Origin: an uncultured Gammaproteobacteria bacterium | Lineage (GTDB): Bacteria > Pseudomonadota > Gammaproteobacteria > Steroidobacterales > Woeseiaceae | Assembly (NCBI GenBank): GCA_963800915.1 | Contig: CAWDCR010000012.1 | Location: 11,255 to 75,254, forward strand | Direction: 5' to 3' | DNA: 64,000 bases | Shown: positions 60,495-64,000 of the stretch, piece after piece | Numbering within the stretch: the first letter of the stretch is position 1 | How the letters are laid out: the number at the start of each line of letters is the position of its first letter | Notes under the pieces: generated by a model | What the model saw: the letters and a program-made list of their open reading frames with translations, nothing else | What the model was told of the DNA's origin: nothing | Databases searched by the model: none | Made by a program: the position numbers and the translations under genes

Positions 60495-61805
60495 CTAGAA
60501 AACGACGCCGAACTGCAGTGCCGCAGAGCGCGTGTCATTGCCCTGGGCGTAGGCAAGGTCGATCGCGAGACGTTTCCACACGGTGCCTGCGCCGACTGAC
60601 AGCACGTCGTCGCGATTGCTCTGTGCATCGAAGCGGTATCCCGCGCGCAGACTGGCGAGCGATGCCAGCGTCCACTCCGCGCCTACCGCGATTTCCTGCG
60701 TCGGTCGCTGGCCGCCGATCGGTTCGTTCCGGGTCAGGTCGCCATCGAGCGCGATCTGCAGGTTTGCTCGCTGGTAGGCAACACCGAGCCGGGCACGCGG
60801 CCGCAGGCGGACGACCGAATCCTGCGAAGTGGCGTAGTTGCGCGGGATGACGTCTTTGACCGCCAGGCCCGCGCGCCAGTGTTTGCCGAAGGCTTTGGCC
60901 AGGCCCAGGTCGAAGTTGACGTTGCCTTCGCTCTCCCTGTTGCTGTCGGTGTTGAGCCGGTTGTCGACGACCCGCTGGGCATCCTCAAACGTACGAATGC
61001 GCTGCACCTTGAAACTGACGCCCGCCGCAAGCGGTCCGCCGAAGAACTGGAACTGCCGGGAAATGCCGACGCCGGCTTCGGCAATCGCGAGACCTGCCGC
61101 GGTCGCGGACGAATCAAAATCGTTGTTCGGGTCGACCAGGGCACCGTTCGCGTCGAACAGTTCCGGGTGCGCGACGCCCTGCGCGCCGTTGGAGGCGACG
61201 AACAGCAGGCCCTCCTGGTAGGCCGTCAGCACGGCACGATCCGTCTCGGTGATGTTGGCCTGGCCGCCGGCGATCAGGCGCAGGCCCATGAAGAAACCGG
61301 CGCCGCCCAGTTTGCCGGGTTCGCTGACGCTGGTACCGAAAAAGACATCGGCAAACACGTCTTCATCCGCCAGGCCCGCCAGCGCTGAGTCCAGATCATT
61401 GGACGCGTCCACCACTGACTGCGCCGTGGTCGCTCCGGGCGCAGCGTTGAAATCATCGATCGCGCGGGAGAGCGCGCCCGGCGTATCGTTCTGCGACAGC
61501 TGCTCCAGGTCGACGACCGTTTCTGCGAACTGTGCGATCAATACCGGAAACAGGAAGCGCGCGTCCTGCGTCTTCTCTTCGATCTCTTCATTGAAGGCGA
61601 GCAGCGCAACGTTATAAAACTGCGCGTTGCCGTTAGCCGCCGATGCGACCGATGCGCCGCCCATCGCGAGCGTTCGCGCATCGTAGATGCCGTAGGACGT
61701 ACCGGCGAAAGCGGGCATGCCGCCGCTGAGAACCAGGCAGGCGACAAGCCCGCGCTGCGCTGCACGGCGCTTACTGAGAAACAGTGGACGAACAGGTCTG
61801 GTCAC
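60495..61805 (-). CDS. TraF_2-like outer-membrane beta-barrel protein; start uncertain
   Basis: DARTLAMGGASVA...FYNVALL; LRAGYRFD; terminal Phe. Confidence 0.75.
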   Translation of the reverse strand: MTRPVRPLFLSKRRAAQRGLVACLVLSGGMPAFAGTSYGIYDARTLAMGGASVASAANGNAQFYNVALLAFNEEIEEKTQDARFLFPVLIAQFAETVVDLEQLSQNDTPGALSRAIDDFNAAPGATTAQSVVDASNDLDSALAGLADEDVFADVFFGTSVSEPGKLGGAGFFMGLRLIAGGQANITETDRAVLTAYQEGLLFVASNGAQGVAHPELFDANGALVDPNNDFDSSATAAGLAIAEAGVGISRQFQFFGGPLAAGVSFKVQRIRTFEDAQRVVDNRLNTDSNRESEGNVNFDLGLAKAFGKHWRAGLAVKDVIPRNYATSQDSVVRLRPRARLGVAYQRANLQIALDGDLTRNEPIGGQRPTQEIAVGAEWTLASLASLRAGYRFDAQSNRDDVLSVGAGTVWKRLAIDLAYAQGNDTRSAALQFGVVF

Positions 61806-62186
61806 GTGGGGAGCCTTGATTACTTGATTGGGATACTGAACGACTGCGCCAACGCAGGCGTTGCAACTTACGACACTACCATTCACAAGAGGTTTCCGGG
61901 AGTGGACAAAGAGCGACAGGGAGCCGCCGCAAATACGTGCAGATCAGGCCGCTGTCGAGTTGCTCATCGCAGACGAGAAGCGCGTTCGCAAGGCAGCGCA
62001 GGTCGCGGTCTCCGAAATCTAGCGCGGCCACCGCTGAACCAGCACTCAACGCGCTGCCACATTCCGGAAAAACTCAGGCGCCCGGATTTTTTTGCGGCCA
62101 GCGGCTGGCAAGCACCGGCTGTTAGCGCCAGAATGACCCAGCTGTCGCGGACCCGGATCCTGCGGAGTTCATACGGAGTGTAAACC

Positions 62187-62981
62187 TTGAATAACCGAGC
62201 GCGCGTGTTCGAATTCGACAATGCCATCGTGCGCAAGCCGGCACCGTCGATTGTGAACGGTCTGCGCGCCGACGATCGCGGCAGTCCCGCGTACGACAAA
62301 GTCATCGCCGAGCACGAGGCCTACGTTGCGGCACTGCGCAATGCGGGTGTCGAGGTGCAGGTGCTGGACGCCGACGACGCCTATCCCGATTCGATGTTTG
62401 TCGAAGATCCCGCGCTGGTGTTTGGCGAAGGTGCGATCCTGCTGCGGCCAGGAGCGCCGAGCCGGCTCGGCGAGTCCGACAAAATTCGTGCAACGCTCAA
62501 GGCAAGGTTCCCGCAGTGTCTCGAAATGCCGGCCACCGGTTTCGCAGAGGGCGGCGACATACTGACGACGCCGCGAGCAGTCATGATCGGGCTGTCTGCA
62601 CGTACCGATGCAGGCGGCGCGGCAGCGGTGATGGCCTGCCTGAAGAAGCTCGGGCGCAAGAGCCAGGTTGTGCGAACGCCGCCGGGCGTGCTGCATTTCA
62701 AGACAGATTGCTCGCTGCTCGATGAAGCGACGGTGTTAACCACGGCGCGGCTCGCCGCCTCCGGCGTGTTCGCTGATTTCAAGACGCTGCTGGTGCCAGA
62801 AGGCGAAGAGGCGGCGGCGAACGCACTGCGCGTGAATCGATCGGTGTTCGTCGGCGCAAAGTTTCCGCGCACGATCGAGCTGCTTGCCAGCCGCGGTTAC
62901 GACGTCATCGCGCTCGACACGGAGGAGATCGGCATGGTCGACGCCGGTTTATCGTGCATGTCATTGCGCTGGCACAGTTGA
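62187..62981 (+). CDS. Dimethylarginine dimethylaminohydrolase (amidinotransferase family)
   Basis: EH.AY, PDSMFVED, SRLGE, EGGDI, LHFKT, AANAL, DAGLSCMS. Confidence 0.9.
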   Translation: MNNRARVFEFDNAIVRKPAPSIVNGLRADDRGSPAYDKVIAEHEAYVAALRNAGVEVQVLDADDAYPDSMFVEDPALVFGEGAILLRPGAPSRLGESDKIRATLKARFPQCLEMPATGFAEGGDILTTPRAVMIGLSARTDAGGAAAVMACLKKLGRKSQVVRTPPGVLHFKTDCSLLDEATVLTTARLAASGVFADFKTLLVPEGEEAAANALRVNRSVFVGAKFPRTIELLASRGYDVIALDTEEIGMVDAGLSCMSLRWHS

Positions 62982-63012
62982 CCGCCTGCGCCTTCCGTCT
63001 CATGCTGCTGCG

Positions 63013-64000
63013 ATGAATTCGAGCCCCGCGCCGCAAGACCAGGCACCCGCTGCGCCCGTGATGGGCTTCTGGAAATGCTGGTCGATGAGTGTCGGCGTCA
63101 TGATCGGCTCAGGCGTGTTCCTGCTGCCGGCCGTACTCGCGCCTTACGGATCGATCAGTTTTCTCGGCTGGCTGTTCACCAGCGCTGGCGCAATCGTGAT
63201 TGCCCTCGTACTCGGTCGCCTGGCCAGTCGCACCAGCCGCAGCGGTGGCTTTTACATCTACACCCGCGAAGCGTTCGGTGATCTCGCTGGTTTCATCGTC
63301 GGCTGGAGTTACTGGCTGAGCCTCGTGTTTGCGATCGCCGCGATCAGTACCGCGTTTGCCGGTTACGCCGGCGCCGTCATCCCGGCGCTCGGCGCAAGCA
63401 AGATCGTGCAGGCATTGCTGGCCACCAGCATCATCTGGATTCTGACAGGCGTAAACCTGAAAGGCGTGGCAGAGGCGGCCTCCGTGCAGCTCGTCATGAC
63501 GCTGCTGAAGATCGTGCCGCTGCTGGTGATTATCGTGCTCGGCCTGTTCGTGGGATCGACCGACAATATTCCGCCGCTGAATCCGCAGCAGCTGCCGCTC
63601 ACGCAGGCCCTGGCGACGACCGGGCTGCTCACGATGTGGGCCTTCATCGGGCTTGAGGCGGGCGTGATTCCTGCCGGGGAAGTCAAAGACGCGAAACGCA
63701 CGATCCCGCGCGCCGTCATTGTCGCGACGCTGTCGGTTACCGCGCTTTACATCGGCGCCACGGCGGCCGTGATGATGCTGGTGCCTGTCGACGTTCTCGC
63801 CCAGTCCGAAGCACCGTTCGCCGACGCCGCGCAGGCCCTTGGCAAATTTGGCGGACCGCTGATAGCTATCGGCGCGCTGGTCTCAACCGCCGGCGGACTG
63901 AACGGCAACATCCTGCTGAGCGGGCAGATGCCCGCGGCGGTCGCGACCGATGGACTGGCGCCGAGGATGCTCGCGAAAAAGAACGCCGGGCACGCGCCGA
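63013..64000 (+). CDS. APC amino-acid permease, runs off window
   Basis: Manual translation from ATG 63013: VGVMIGSGVFLLP, SGGFYIY.REAFG, WAFIGLE, AKRTIPRA. Confidence 0.88.
   Translation, partial: MNSSPAPQDQAPAAPVMGFWKCWSMSVGVMIGSGVFLLPAVLAPYGSISFLGWLFTSAGAIVIALVLGRLASRTSRSGGFYIYTREAFGDLAGFIVGWSYWLSLVFAIAAISTAFAGYAGAVIPALGASKIVQALLATSIIWILTGVNLKGVAEAASVQLVMTLLKIVPLLVIIVLGLFVGSTDNIPPLNPQQLPLTQALATTGLLTMWAFIGLEAGVIPAGEVKDAKRTIPRAVIVATLSVTALYIGATAAVMMLVPVDVLAQSEAPFADAAQALGKFGGPLIAIGALVSTAGGLNGNILLSGQMPAAVATDGLAPRMLAKKNAGHAP

Noticed and set aside
60495-61886. Conjugative element or ICE inferred from TraF
   Set aside because: No relaxase, T4SS, integrase or att sites in the window.

Overview
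GC-rich chromosomal window from a free-living Gammaproteobacterium. The gene repertoire (two TolB-like/TPR membrane proteins, DUF6502/DUF5666, many peptidases) is Woeseiaceae-like, but that is inference. About 45 CDS; no rRNA, tRNA or CRISPR array seen. Family names come from motif recognition, not database searches. Housekeeping and stress genes: oxyR-katG, gsp, MATE, pirin/azoR/LysR, deaD, oppA, dcp, DDAH plus permease. Five apparent +1 insertions split four genes (katG twice), most likely sequencing or assembly errors. Most interesting: (1) 15.8-23.3 kb, an EAL phosphodiesterase, an exported S8 protease with a strictly 6-residue-periodic (D/N)GYLW(S/T) tail, and a beta-propeller diguanylate cyclase, each preceded by a CRP-type box. 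This is a candidate protease-linked c-di-GMP signalling module. (2) 12.9-15.8 kb, an HUH Y1 (RAYT-like) nuclease with seven copies of a non-REP repeat (TAGGGGTCGAACCGA) that sit at gene stop codons and bracket a passenger gene like a cassette. (3) A FimT-PilV-PilW-PilX-like minor-pilin operon lacking PilY1, in which PilX carries a ~1000-aa adhesin. (4) An MtrA-like/DUF4346 fusion coupled to a cation-chloride cotransporter. (5) A perfect 12-bp inverted repeat over the DUF6502 promoter and start codon.
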